From the NCBI RefSeq assembly GCF_006345805.1, contig NW_021835107.1, positions 1 to 41,803 on the forward strand: 41,803 nt of DNA. The letters run 5' to 3'. Positions 23,099 through 36,322 of this stretch are shown in pieces. Source of the stretch: Octopus sinensis (Eukaryota). The translations under genes were made by a program, and so were the position numbers. How positions within the stretch are numbered: position 1 is the first letter of the stretch; each line of letters begins with the position of its first letter. The notes under the pieces were generated by a model. It was not told the DNA's origin and did no database searches. It saw only the letters and a list, made by a program, of their open reading frames with translations.

Positions 23099-24553
23099 TA
23101 TAAGAATCTTGATGTGAGACCGTTGTTCTAACCGAACTAAGTTTAACGAGAAAGAGCCACCATTTTTAGCCAAATGAAAACACATACAATTTGGTTATTG
23201 TATGCACTAAAATTAATAATTAAAATCTCTTTTCAATCACGCCCTAAAATTTTGTAAAAGGAAGATACAATTGATAAAGATGTCCTTGACCTTCTCTAAA
23301 TACATAATTGAAAGGTTTAATGTTGATGGCTGACACAGCTTTGGTTATAGGTCTCTTGGCATAAAGATGATTTAGGCTTAGGCGAAAAACAACATGAAGA
23401 ACGAGCATACAAATGCGATCACTGAACCTGAGAGACATAAAACCAAAATAAATATAAAACTCTCTCAAATCATGCCTTACTAGCAAAAATAAGATTTACT
23501 ATAGATCATATATAATGTAATATAGTGCTCGACACACTCTATATATCGAGAAAAAATGATAGGATTGTCACGGTTGTAACACCATTCGAGAGATGAAGTC
23601 ATCTGTGGACCATGGGTAGTTGTTCAAATGAATTGCTTCGAGTCGTAGTTCCACTCAATTAAACCTGATTGGTTTTAAATAACAATAACAACAACGTGGC
23701 TTTAATTTTCTCATCGGACCGGAAAACAAGAGGATGTCGTTGACAACGCAGAAATCCGGAACTAATTGGTATTATTAGAAGGGGAGTCTGGTTCCCTCCC
23801 ATCATCCACATCGCCTGACATGTTGATTCCTTATTTCATTAGTCATGTGATTAATTTTTCAGGGAAGAGAGCTCTGGTTGGCTCTAGTGCCCTATAGCAT
23901 AATACTGGATTATCTATAGCCTGAACAAATGTTTAAGATGTTCGCCTTACAGTCACGAGATCCCGGATTCGATCGCACAACACGGGGCACCGAACAAGAC
24001 CGCTGCCTTCAGAATAAATTAGGGTGTGTAACCCCTTTGAAATGAATGTACCTGTAATTCAAAGATCCAGACTTGCTACTCTGTGACACACTAATTATTC
24101 TAGAGAACTGAGTACACAGGTCTGAGAGATATTCAACCACTTATATGCTAATATAAGTAGGCAATTCCATTGATCGAACTACTGAATGCTCATCTCCAAA
24201 ACCGACTAGAGACCATTTATTTTTATACCAATATTACTGGAACTTATGTTATTGCTGTTGTTTATTCTTTGATCTCACCTCCAAATTGCGATGCTCAATA
24301 ATTCTATTAACCTTGTTTTTATATTCGAAAACTTGTCAAGTGATCAAAGCCTGCTTTATTAGATCCTCCTGCACTGATGACATCCAGCAATACCGAAACA
24401 AACCCATAGCTGTCCCCTTGCATGCAAATATCAATAAGAAACATTAACAATGCATGTATAGTGAAAAGGCCTAAACTTAGTGTTTTTACATATAGAATAT
24501 TACAAAATATATTAGGATGAAGATATGGCATGACTTTTTTTCTAAATCTTCAG

Positions 24554-24619
24554 AGATGGATGTATTGAGTTTCATAGTATTTTCTGCAACCCCTATAAAG
24601 AATTTGGGGAATATTGTCA
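24554..24619 (+). CDS. Candidate 66-nt symmetric exon (unverified)
   Basis: Acceptor TTTTTTTCTAAATCTTCAG, donor CA|GTAAGG. One frame reads DGCIEFHSIFCNPYKEFGEYC; a second frame is also open. Confidence 0.2.
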
Positions 24620-25431
24620 GTAAGGGAGACTTTAGCGCAATAACTAAAACTTTGAAATGGTATTGACCATCAGGTGAACGAGAAATACAGCTATTACTGT
24701 TGCTTCTAAACGAAAAACTTGAACTGCATCAGAAATATGCTTGCTATTCAATTTTTCGCAGTAAATTAAATAATACACGAATAATTATAAATTTAATTCG
24801 AAGTGTAATATGTAAAATGAAATCTTTACATTCTAAATTTAAGAAGACTCTAGCAATGCGAGTGTAGAGTGCAAACTATAAGGGGGATATTTCATTTCCC
24901 TAATTTTAAGCTCATAAACATTGACATTTGTGTGTGCAGAAGATGGGGTGTGATTTTGTATAAAACCGCTATTCTTTAATGCATCATTATAATAAGGTTT
25001 ATATCAACCGACGGATAACTTATCTGAAGATATGCAAGATATTCGTTTAAAAATTACTGCTAACTATCTTTATTTTAAATTGTATTTAATCATGTCAAAG
25101 AGAAATGGAATTTAATTAAAATTAAAAGCATTTAATCAAAATTTACATTTCTAGTGGTCTAACGTGTAAAAAAATTTAGTCAAAAAGACTATATATTAGT
25201 CATACGATATAGTGTATATTTAAACACATAAGGAATCCACTTATAGGGATTCTACACGCTAGAAAGAACAGCTAGGTTCTATAGCCACAAAAATTGGGGA
25301 TAAAATTCGACAGGAATAAATTTGGGAAATGTTTTTCATTTCCAAATTTATTTCAAATTGTGTAAAAGAGAGCAGACTCCTTTATATGCCAGAGTGTTTT
25401 CGTGGGATTTTTTTATAAGAGCAGCATTTAC

Positions 25432-25595
25432 TGTTATTAAAGTAGCTTTCAGAAACATGACGCTTAGATTAGTCTCATTCTGATCCTTGAATCTAAATTC
25501 TTTAAATATTCCGATATTCTGCAGTCTGAATTTATCTAATTCATGAACGTTCATATTACGAGAGGTAATTACATCATCAATCAGTACAAGATATT
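25432..25595 (-). CDS. Candidate 164-nt exon (unverified)
   Basis: Acceptor TTGCCTTTCCTGTAG, donor ACA|GTAAAT. Open frame YLVLIDDVITSRNMNVHELDKFRLQNIGIFKEFRFKDQNETNLSVMFLKATLIT; no homology recognised. Confidence 0.15.
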
Positions 25596-26242
25596 CTACA
25601 GGAAAGGCAATCTATGTTGAAGTCAATCTAAAATACGAAAATCGATAACTTCGCATAATTCGGCGCCATCATGCCGAGCCGACAACACAGACGTTAAGCA
25701 CTTCTTTACCATTCGTTTAAACGCCAAAACAGTTGTGAAAAATTAGATGAGATTTCTTTAACATGTGAGTTGGATTTGATATCAGATATACTGACTGAAA
25801 TAATATTACTGACAAAAATTACGGCTTTGGGGAGAAGAGATAAAATTATGGAGCAATATAACGCTGCTCTATCATAATGTGTAGACCTATTTTGGTGCGT
25901 GTTATTTATATTGATAAATCGTTTTATAACAGATGTACTGTTATATCATAACTGAAGGGGATAGATAGATACATACATACATACATACATACATACATAC
26001 ATACATACATACATACATAATCAGTATATATTTCATTGGGATCAATTGATGGAAAGGTGCAGCAGGGACAATACTTGATATACTGTAACGCTTATTGGGT
26101 TTTCTTATAAGGGCTTTAAGTTTAGTGTGCACTATAATCCTGTTTATTAATTTTGGCCACAGCTCGTGAGCTGAAACTAGATAAAATAAAAATAAATTAA
26201 AAAATGTATATACACACACACATACATACATACATACACACA

Positions 26243-26424
26243 CATAGATCGTTAGCCACTACACAAATTTTTTTTCTCTCCTTATTTTCTGTGTCCCTTT
26301 CTGTAGAAGAGCGTAGGCTCGAAACATAAAAGACTTTTTCTATTCCTGAGCTTTATACTAATACATCTGTTTGTTTTGTACACCACCTGTCTTCGTCTTT
26401 TGTTGTTTTTTCGTAAACTCTCCC
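26243..26424 (+). mobile_element. Short element G with a degenerate hammerhead-like motif (26297-26332)
   Basis: CTTT-CTGTAGA-A-GAGC-GTAG-GCTC-GAAAC-ATA-AAAG. Bounded by (TACA)n/(CA)n and (TA)n; related to 41503-41675. Confidence 0.6.
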
Positions 26425-26450
26425 TATATATATATATATATATATATATT

Positions 26451-26671
26451 CACATTCAAAATGTGACCGTGTGTGTACCGTTGGCGATTTTTTTTCCTCT
26501 GTCTTCTCTTCTCTGGATCTTTCCTTCCCCTATGTTTCCGACGAAGAGCTCCGCTCGAAACGTTAAACCCTCCTTCTTCCCTTCCTTCCTGAGAGTCCAA
26601 TAATATTATATTTGTTCCATGTCCTCGCGTTGTTGTGTTTTCTCTTTGTGTTTTCATGGTTGAATTAACTT
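26451..26671 (+). mobile_element. Element F, second copy, with a hammerhead-like motif at 26534-26568
   Basis: The 35-nt motif is identical to 1478-1512 (-); (TA)n on both sides. Confidence 0.75.
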
Positions 26672-26707
26672 TATATATATATATATAATATATATATATA
26701 TATTATA

Positions 26708-26750
<43 letters not shown>

Positions 26751-27151
26751 ACACTAATGTCACACGAGACATTGTTGAATAAAATGTGTTGATATAAAAC
26801 AATATTCAGCACGTTCTCCGACATGTATGCTTGTTGAATGTGACTTTACACGAATATACCTTAACTATTATTGTTAAATCTAAAGTTAGAGACTTCTCAA
26901 CGCCACGTTTAATTAAGACTTACCTTGCAGTGATTACCTCCCTTAGAGTAACTGCTGCCTGACTCCACCATTAACACACAGACGTGTATGTGTGTGAGTC
27001 CGTGTGTTTATATCTATGTGAAGGCACGTGCCTTAGTGACGATGGGTTGACTAGCATGTAGCTACTGGGAGTGAAATAAAACCAGTTCTCATTAGAACTT
27101 CCTTCAAGGAGAAAGTAAACTTACATAAAAATCTTCTCAAATATGAAGGCA

Positions 27152-27327
27152 TAGGCGCAGGCGCGGCTGTGTGGTAAGTAGCTTGCTTACTAACCACATG
27201 GTTCCGGGTTCAGTCCCACTGCGTGGCACTTTGGGCAAGTGTCTTCTACTATAGCCTCGGGGCCACCAAAGCCTTGTGAGTGGATTTGGTGGACGGAAAC
27301 TGAAAGCCCGTCGTATATATATATGTA

Positions 27328-27372
<45 letters not shown>

Positions 27373-27560
27373 ATCTGTGTTTTTCCACCCCCCCCCATAT
27401 CGCTTGACAACCGATGGGGGTGTGTTTACATCGCCGTAACTTAGCGGCTCGGCAAAATAGATCCGATAGAGTAAGTACTAGGCTGGGGTCGATTTGCTTT
27501 GCTCGACTAAAGGCGGTGCTCCAGCATGTCCGCAGCCAAATGACTGAAACGAGTAACAGA
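27152..27560 (+). mobile_element. SINE family B
   Basis: Full head, CORE-like block, internal (TA)(TG) tract and tail. Confidence 0.9.
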
Positions 27561-27593
27561 AAGACTGACAAGATTATTCCGAGCGAGTCCTCT

Positions 27594-27628
<35 letters not shown>

Positions 27629-28490
27629 GTGAGAGAAAGAGAGAGAAAACAGAGAGGGAGGGTGAGAGAGAAAATAGGGAGGGAGGGTGAGAGAGAAGAG
27701 AGAGAGAGAGAGAGAGGGAGGGTGAGAGGGAATAATGTTTGTGTGAATGAGTGGGTGGGAGCAGTCTTAATGTGCTGCATGTGTAACCGTGGTATGTGGT
27801 TGGGCGTGATTGTAAAGAAGTGCTTGGTGGAAACGGGTGGGGTGGGGACTATCTATGGTGGTGGCGGTAATGGTGGTTATTGTGGTGGTTGTGGTAGTGA
27901 CACTCATGATCAGACCTCTTTCTCCCCCCCCTCTCTCTCTCTCTCTTTCTTTCTCGCTTCTTCTCTTCCTCTCTTTCCTTTTGTCTCTCTTTTCTCTCGC
28001 GGTTTCACCCTTTCATTATCGTTTTTCTACGTCATTCATCCTGTTGTTAGTTCTCTTCAATCCATTATTTCATTATCCTTTCTCTTTCTTTCCCTCTTTC
28101 TCTTTCCCCCCTCTCTCTCTCTCACTGATTCGTTACCCTTACCACTCCCCCTCTCACTATTCTCTCGCCTGACGCCAAGCCAAGGTGTGAATAGACAGTG
28201 AGCAACATATAAGCTATTGCGTTCTAATCACGTGACCACACAGCTAACCTCCGTGTCCCTCTTCTTTGTCACTCCTTCTATATGTCACCTCCTACTATTC
28301 TCTCTTACTCTATTACCCACTGTTGCTGCACCGAAGAAGCGGTCACGAGTTCCGCGTGTACAACGTTCCTGATAAGGATTCATTTCTGCTAATTCCATGA
28401 TTCCAGAATCACAAATAACCAAGATCCTTTTTAACTTAGCAAAGGTTTCGCAGAACAATTTCAAATTTATTCATTTAGTGTTAAACTAAA

Positions 28491-28849
28491 TGATCTCATT
28501 CTCGCTCACAACATCATAAGCGAAAAGTGTAACCTCTCGAAAGAGCTGTTCTTCACTCCTGCTCCAGAGAGCGGGCTGCGGGGTCACTCCGAAAGGCTCT
28601 ATCTACGACGATTTCATCTCAATCTAAGGAGAGGGGCTTTCTCCGTCCGAATTGTGGATCCGTGGAATAAGCTGCCGCACGAGATAGTGAAGATACCGAC
28701 GACCGCTCGGTTCAAAGTCTCTCTTGACCAGAAACGGCCTGAACTCTTAGTATGACACCCTCCCTGTACATAACTCCCTGTCCCCCTACACGGCCTTGCT
28801 TTTGCTTTATGAGCCAATAAAAATTAAATTAAATTAAATTAAATTAAAC
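28491..28849 (+). mobile_element. 5'-truncated CR1-type LINE 3' end
   Basis: DLILAHNII..LFFTPAPESGLRGHSERLYLRRFHLNLRRGAFSVRIVDPWNKLPHEIV..FKVSLD..* (stop 28753-28755; RGH..FS.R.V..WN.LP motif), then a 3' UTR, AATAAA and an (ATTAA)n tail. Confidence 0.85.
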
Positions 28850-29391
28850 ACGTTAAAAATATTGAGAGTTTAATATGTTTCCGGTCTAAATCAGCCATTG
28901 CTTCTCTGACTGCAACTAGCCATAGGAATAATCAAGATGGCGGCATACGATGGTTACACACAATTTGAGGGAGAAAAATATTGACTTTCCATTGAACTGT
29001 ACCGATTTTTGTTTCGCCCTTTATGTTTACTGTCCCCAAACTCTTTCGTTTTTTTTTTGTACCACGGACCGCTTTCATGCAAGACAATTTTTCCACGGCC
29101 TGGGGATCACATGTATAACAAAGTAGAATAAAGTGCATCGAAAATTATTTACTTAATACGTATGTAAAATGCAGACTACGATAGTCAATAAAACAGAAGC
29201 AAAATTAAAAAATTTTTTTTTTTTCTGTGCAGTCTGGTACCAAAAGAACCACGGCCCGGTATTGGTCAGTGGAGAACGGCTGAGGACCTCTGTTATAAGG
29301 GCGAACTTCACGTATTTCACATTGTGAAGGACTTGTATCCGAAACGTTGGAAACTTGCCCTCATGATTAAAAAAAATTCTTTTATTCGCCT

Positions 29392-29635
29392 TTTCAAGCC
29401 TAGCCAGGCTCATGGGCCCGGTTTCCCGGTTTCTGTGGCGTATGTGTTCCTCCCAGCTGGACGGGACGCCAATCCATCGCAGCGTTACTCAAGAAACAGG
29501 AAGAAAGAGTGAGAGAAAGTTGGGGTGAAGGAGTACAATAGGGGTCGCCACCACTCTCTACCGGAGCCCCGTGGAGCTTTAGCGATCCTCCGACCACGAG
29601 TCCGCTGCCCTAACCACTGGGAAATTGCGCCTCCA
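29392..29635 (-). mobile_element. SINE family C
   Basis: Head GGAGGCGCAATTTCCCAGTGGTTAGGGCAGCGGACTCG on the minus strand; body matches 6895-7185. Confidence 0.8.
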
Positions 29636-29939
29636 CTCCCCTCATGATGGCATGCTAATATCAATAATTTTGCTTTTCCTACTCAAATGATAATTTTTGG
29701 TATTTTCTCTGTTCACATACTTTTGGTGTCGTTTCGGCTTTCATACCCTTCCAAAGCAGATTAGATAACAATTATTGTTGTTGTTTAAGCTTGCATCCAC
29801 CCTGATTGAGCAGACATATATTCCATCAATAATCATACCAAAGTTTTGCTTAAACTACATTAGTCAATATTTAAGTCGCTACAGAGAGTTTTAAGAAAGA
29901 TATGGGTTCAATTTGAAGAAGAGGATTTGAAAAGTTACA

Positions 29940-30356
29940 AAGGTAGCGAGCTGGCAGAAACGTTAGCACGCTGGGCGAAATGCTTTGCGATATTTCGTCT
30001 GCCGTTACGTTCTGAGTTCAAATTCCGCTGAGGTCGACTTTGCCTTTCATACTTTCGGGGACGATAAATTAAGTACCAGTTACGCACTGGGGTCGATATA
30101 ATCGACTTAATCCGTTTGTCTGTCCTTGTTTGTCTCCTCTGTGTTTAGCCTCTTGTGGATAGTAAAGAAATAGGTATTTCGTCTGCCGCTACGTTCTGAG
30201 TTCAAATTCCGCCGAGGTTGACTTTGCCTTTCATCATTTCGGGGTCGATTAAATAAGTACCAGTTACGCACTGGGGTCGATGTAATCGACCTAATCCGTT
30301 TGTCTGTCCTTGTTTGTCCCCTCTGTGTTTAGCCTTCTGTGGGCAATAAAGAAATA
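29940..30356 (+). mobile_element. SINE family A dimer bracketed by one 14-bp direct repeat
   Basis: AATTTGAAGAAGAG at 29910-29923 and 30357-30370; internal junction GAAATAGGTATTTCG. Confidence 0.9.
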
Positions 30357-30884
30357 AATTTGAAGAAGAGATCAACATGTTTGCTTGTTCTGACAGACAC
30401 AGAAGCAGTTTTCCTCAAATCGTACAAAAAATATAAATAAAACGATCCCATTTGTTACGGAGTCGTAGGTAAATGTAAAAAAAAAATGTGAAAAAAAAAG
30501 GTGAAACTTCTGCAACAACTTTGATCTTGCCCAGGACATGCAGACACACATACAAACATACATACATACCCACACACACCAACACACACACATGCATACA
30601 TCATACATGCATATGCACGTACATGCATGCATACGTATATACATATGTACGGACGTACGTACATGCATACATACACACACAGATATATATATATATATAC
30701 ATACATACTTACATACATGTGAGTGTGGTTAGTATGTGTGTTTGTGTGTATTTATATAGGTGCGTATGTATTTATCTTTTAACATACACATATATTTACA
30801 TACATGTAAACGTACACACATATATGCACTCACACAGACACGCACAAACACACAGTCACACGCATGCACATATATACATATCCA

Positions 30885-30922
<38 letters not shown>

Positions 30923-31038
30923 AGTAGTTGAATGAATTATCTAGTTATGGATAATTCGGTTAACCGATACCTGGGTAGCAAATTCACATCAGAGAAGACA
31001 CGTTTGAAGTTACGTGCTTTCGTGTGGAAATTTGTATG

Positions 31039-31081
<43 letters not shown>

Positions 31082-31604
31082 TATACACATAAAGCCACCG
31101 CCGTTTGCGTGATTACAGACACGGTAGCACAGAGCAATACACACACATACACACACACACACATACACACAGACAAATGCACGTAGATGGACATACACGA
31201 AACACGCAAGCACATATCCGTACCAACGTAAACCATGCAAATACACATACCTTTGTACAAATATAGACATATGTCTATTAGGAATGTAACTTTCTAAGAA
31301 ATTCTTTACATTTAAATACAATTGATAAAAGACTGTAAAGCAAGGTCACGCTCCACTTAGCGACTAAATCTATGGACGATATGTGTTTAGTGGACAGCAA
31401 ATGCTGCCATAGTTAAAAGTCAACCAGGCTTTCACTGTTTAGTATATAAGCCCTATTAACGATTCATTGAAGGAGCTAAGCCGGCAAGTGGTCGTTTGAA
31501 CTACTAGAAATAGCAGGCGTGTTTCTCATTGAGAGGAAGGTCACATTGCGTAATGTACTCGTTAAAACTAAAAATGGGCGATACAGATAAACTGGACAAC
31601 CTAT

Positions 31605-31820
31605 AGGCGTAGAAGTGGCTGTGTGGTGAGAAGTTTGCTTATCAATCACATGGTGCCGGTTCAGTCCTACTGCGTGGCACCTTGGGCAAGTGTCTTCTAC
31701 TATAGCCTCGGGCCGACCAAAGCCTTGAGAGTGAATTTGGTAGACGGAAACTGAAAGAAGCCCGTCGTATATATGTATATGTATATATATTTATATATAT
31801 ATATGTGTGTGTGTGTGTGT

Positions 31821-31864
<44 letters not shown>

Positions 31865-32215
31865 TGTATGTTTGTGTGCCTGTGTTTGTCCACCCAAGTG
31901 GCAAGTGTCTTCTGCTATAGCCCCGGGCCGACCAATGCCTTGTGAGTGGATTTGGTAGACGGAAACTGAGAGAAGCCTGTCGTATATATGTATATGTATA
32001 TGTGTGTGTGTCTGTGTGGTGTGTTTGTCTCCCTAGAATTGCTTGACAACCGATGCTGATGTATTTACGTCCCCGTAACTTAGCGGTTCGGCAAAAGAGA
32101 CCAATAGAATAAGTACTAGGCTTACAAAGAATAAGTCCTGGGGGTCGATGTGCTCGACTAAAGGCGGTGCTCCAGCATGGCCACCACAGTCAAATGACTG
32201 AAACAAGTAAAAGAG
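31605..32215 (+). mobile_element. SINE family B with an internal duplication
   Basis: The GGCAAGTGTCTTCT..(TA)(TG) segment occurs twice (~31685 and ~31900). Confidence 0.85.
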
Positions 32216-32846
32216 TATTAAATCAATAAAATTACGCATAAAGTATATAAAGTGTATGTATATATATATAAAGAGCATTAAGTAATCCTCGTATTCCAAT
32301 TTCCTTCACTTTTCAATGAGTAGCAGATGAGCGACCATCTTTCCATACAGACACAACACAGGCTACGCTTTTAGGCTTTTTTTTTTTTTTCTTTGGATAA
32401 AGTTTCCAGAAATGACCCAATAAGTTTACCATTAATTCCGTGAAATATTCATGGGTCCCGCTAGTAGAATCTTGTTGTGAAAAGCCTTCTTTCAAAGACT
32501 GTAAAACTACATAACGGCAGACAGCCTATGGTGAGTATACCAGTCGGTTTGTCTCCCTTGTAAACTTCCCCAATTTACCGATAGACCTGGAAACACATTA
32601 ACGCACAAAATGTTACGTATAATATATATATATATGTGTGTATGTGTGATTGTGTGAATACTTGTGGAATCGCGAGATGATATATAAATGTGTAAGATTG
32701 TGTAGGCACCCACCTCTGTGTGTGTGTGTGCGCGCGTGTGTGTGAGAGAGCATATAGATATGCGTGTGTATGTGTGTGTGAGCGTATCTATGTATATATC
32801 TATATCTATATATTGGAATATGTATACATCTATCTTTCTATCTATG

Positions 32847-32881
<35 letters not shown>

Positions 32882-33040
32882 ATTATATATATATATATAC
32901 ATATATACATATACATACATTCGTACATACGTGTGTGTGCGTGCGTGTGTGTAAGTATGTCTCCTTCCCTCTCATAGAAAGAAAGATAAATGCATACATA
33001 TTCGATGTGTGTGTGTGTGTGTGTGGATAGATAGATAGGT

Positions 33041-33074
<34 letters not shown>

Positions 33075-33078
33075 TGAA

Positions 33079-33131
<53 letters not shown>

Positions 33132-33452
33132 ATATTATATATGGAGATCCATCACAGATCTACATATATCTTTTGGCGTATGAATATCCATAATATAAAA
33201 CATATTTTACGTATACAACACACACACACATATACATGTATATATATTTGTATTTGTGTCTATACATGCATACACACATATATATATATTCACACACACA
33301 TACACACATACATATGTGTGTATGTGTATTGATATATGGCAGTTTATGAATATAACACATATATAGATGTACGTGTTCATATTTGCATCTATGGATATAC
33401 GTACTTACATACATACACACACACATACACACGAACACACACATCATGTGCA

Positions 33453-34341
33453 TGTGTGTGTGTGTGTGTACGTTTATATATGTGTGTGGGTACGTTTATA
33501 TATGTGTATGTACGTTTATATATGTGTGTACGTTTATATATGTGCGTTTATATATATGTGTGTGTACGTTTATATATGGATGTGTGTGTGTGTGTACGTT
33601 TATATATGTGTGTACGTTTATATATGTGTGTGTGTACGTTTATATATGTGTGTGTGTACGTTTATATATGTGTGTGTACGTTTATATATGTGTGTGGGTA
33701 CGTTTATATATGTGTGTGTACGTTTATATATGTGTGTACGTTTATATATGTGTGTGTACGTTTATATATGTGTGTACGTTTATATGTGTGTGTTTATATA
33801 TGTGTGTGTGTGTGTGTACGTTTATATATGTGTGTACGTTTATATATGTGTGCGTTTATATATGTGTGTGTGTGTACGTTTATATATGAGTGTGTACGTT
33901 TATATATGTGTGTGTGTGTGTGTGTGTACGTTTATATATGTGTGTACGTTTATATATGTGTGTACGTTTATATATGTGTGTGTTTATATATGTGTGTGTG
34001 TGTACGTTTATATATGTGTGTGTACGTTTATATATGTGTACGTTTATATATGTGTGTACGTTTATATATGTGTACGTTTATATATGTGTGTGTGTGTACG
34101 TTTATATATGTGTGTGTACGTTTATATATGTGTGTGTGTGTGTGTGTACGTTTATATATGTGTGTACGTTTATATATGTGTGTGTTTATATATGTGTGTG
34201 TGTGTACGTTTATATATGTGTGTACGTTTATATATGTGTGTACGTTTATATATGTGTGTACGTTTATATACGTGTGTGTTTATATATGTGTGTGTGTGTG
34301 TACGTTTATATATGTGTGTGTATGTTTATATATGTGTGTGC
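33453..34341. repeat. Minisatellite of GTACGTTTATATAT(GT)n units
   Basis: Roughly 40 units of variable (GT)n length, read directly. Confidence 0.95.
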
Positions 34342-34766
34342 ACGTGTAGGACTATTTGCGTGTCAGATGTCTCCAACAGCTCTTTTACCATTAGCCCATT
34401 TTTCCCTTGTAACGATACGATGTTATCAACAAATTGTAATGGACTATTCCAGCGTGTCAACACAAAAGGAAAAGCTAGGGGAGCGTCAGGTTGGCAAGTC
34501 AGATAAAAGAGAACATTAAGTAGTGAATGATTCTGTAACAGCGGTGGGTAAATGATGGTGGCGGCGGCTGTGGTGGTGGTGGTGATGGGGTTGGGGTTGA
34601 AAAAAAAACGTGGTGGAAAATGGTGGCAATGTATTTGTGTGCGGTGGGAGTACTGGGAGGGGAAAACGGATTGGGGGATATTCTTAGGGGCCGTCTTGTG
34701 ATATGAATGAAAGTAAAATGTAGGTTGATGTGGTATCACAAGCCAGCATGGGGAACGGGAGAACAA

Positions 34767-35896
34767 TTGGAAAATACGACACAGGCTCTCTGCTCTGCTT
34801 AGTAGTATCCACAGCCTGCTAGAAATAGGTACGAGAATCTCTCTAAAATTATTCCTGAGCGGTCTAAATCAAGATGGAGACGTTGGGTGATGCGGTGCTA
34901 GATATCCTTATAATTGATACCGATGGGATGGTCATATTGGAAAATACGACATCGGCTCTCTGCTCTGCTTAGTAGTATCCATAGCCTGCTAGAAATAGAT
35001 ACGAGAATCTCTCTAAAATTATTCCTGAGCGGTCTAAATCAAGATGGAGACGTTGGGTGATGCGGTGCTAGATATCCTTATAATTGATACCGATGGGATG
35101 GTCATATTGGAAAATACGACATCGGCTCTCTGCTCTGCTTAGTAGTATCCACAGCCTGCTAGAAATAGATACGAGAATCTCTCTAAAATTATTCCTGAGC
35201 GGTCTAAATCAAGATGGAGACGTTGGGTGATACGGTGCTAGATATCCTTATAATTGATACCGATGGGATGGTCATATTGGAAAATACGACATCGGCTCTC
35301 TGCTCTGCTTAGTAGTATCCACAGCCTGCTAGAAATAGGTACGAGAATCTCTCTAAAATTATTCCTGAGCGGTCTAAATCAAGATGGAGACGTTGGGTGA
35401 TGCGGTGCTAGATAGCCTTATAATTGATACCGATGGGATGGTCATATTGGAAAATACGACATAGGCTCTCTGCTTAGTAGTATCCACAGCCTGCTAGAAA
35501 TAGGTACGAGAATCTCTCTAAAATTATTCCTGAGCGGTCTAAATCAAGATGGAGACGTTGGGTGATGCGGTGCTAGATATCCTTATAATTGATACCGATG
35601 GGGTGGTCATATTGGAAAATACGACATAGGCTCTCTGCTCTGCTTAGTAGTATCCACAGCCTGCTAGAAATAGATACGAGAATCTCTCTAAAATTATTCC
35701 TGAGCGGTCTAAATCAAGATGGAGACGTTGGGTGATGCGATGCTAGATATCCTTGTAATTGATACCGATGGGATGGTCATATTGGAAAATACGACATAGG
35801 CTCTCTGCTCTGCTTACTAGTATCCACAGCCTGCTAGAAATAGGTACGAGAATATCCCTAAAATTATTCCTGAGCGATCTAAATCAAGATGGAGAC
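34767..35896. repeat. 170-bp tandem array, 6 full units and 1 partial
   Basis: Units start TTGGAAAATACGAC at 34767, 34937, 35107, 35277, 35447, 35612 and 35782 (the fifth unit is 165 bp). A diverged copy lies at ~36363-36540. Confidence 0.95.
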
Positions 35897-36322
35897 GGAA
35901 TCTTTTCGGTTTGAACGGCAGTTTTTAACAATTTCTAGGTAACTAAAAAAATTTTAAACTTCGTATACTGGTAGAATGTGTTTATAAAACATCTTTTTCT
36001 CTTGGCTTTATTGAAAAAATTCAATAGTTTGTGAGATATTTGTTGTTTTTTTTCCTTCAATTTCTGCAATTTCAACCAATCACTGACGTCTATTGAGGTA
36101 AAAAAAAAAAAACATACTGTGACGTATGAATATGTCCCTCGTTTAAGAAACAGATTGGGTTTATTTACAATTCTGAAGAAAAAAAAGACACCCTTAACCC
36201 CACCCCTAACCCTAACCCTAAAACAGATTGAAATGCAATAGATCGATACTAGGGTCATAATTATGGGTGACAATTTCATATGACTAAAATAGAAAAAACT
36301 GCCGTTCAAACCGAAATGATCC
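35897..36322 (+). mobile_element. Non-autonomous TIR element (MITE-like, ~426 bp) with internal CCCTAA repeats
   Basis: Ends GGAATCTTTTCGGTTTGAACGGCAGTTTT and AAAACTGCCGTTCAAACCGAAATGATCC; no ORF; second copy at 17892. Confidence 0.85.

Noticed and set aside
23244-23430. Strong minus-strand acceptor followed by GSVIAFVCSFFMLFFA* (GPI- or TM-like terminus)
   Set aside because: No upstream exon could be linked with confidence, and polypyrimidine-AG sequences are common here.
25432-25595. YLVLIDDV resembles a Walker B motif of STAND/NB-ARC ATPases
   Set aside because: No Walker A or other supporting motif could be linked; an eight-residue match is not evidence.
34767-35896. Regular array resembling a CRISPR locus
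   Set aside because: Units are contiguous and near-identical with no unique spacers, and the context is eukaryotic with no cas genes.
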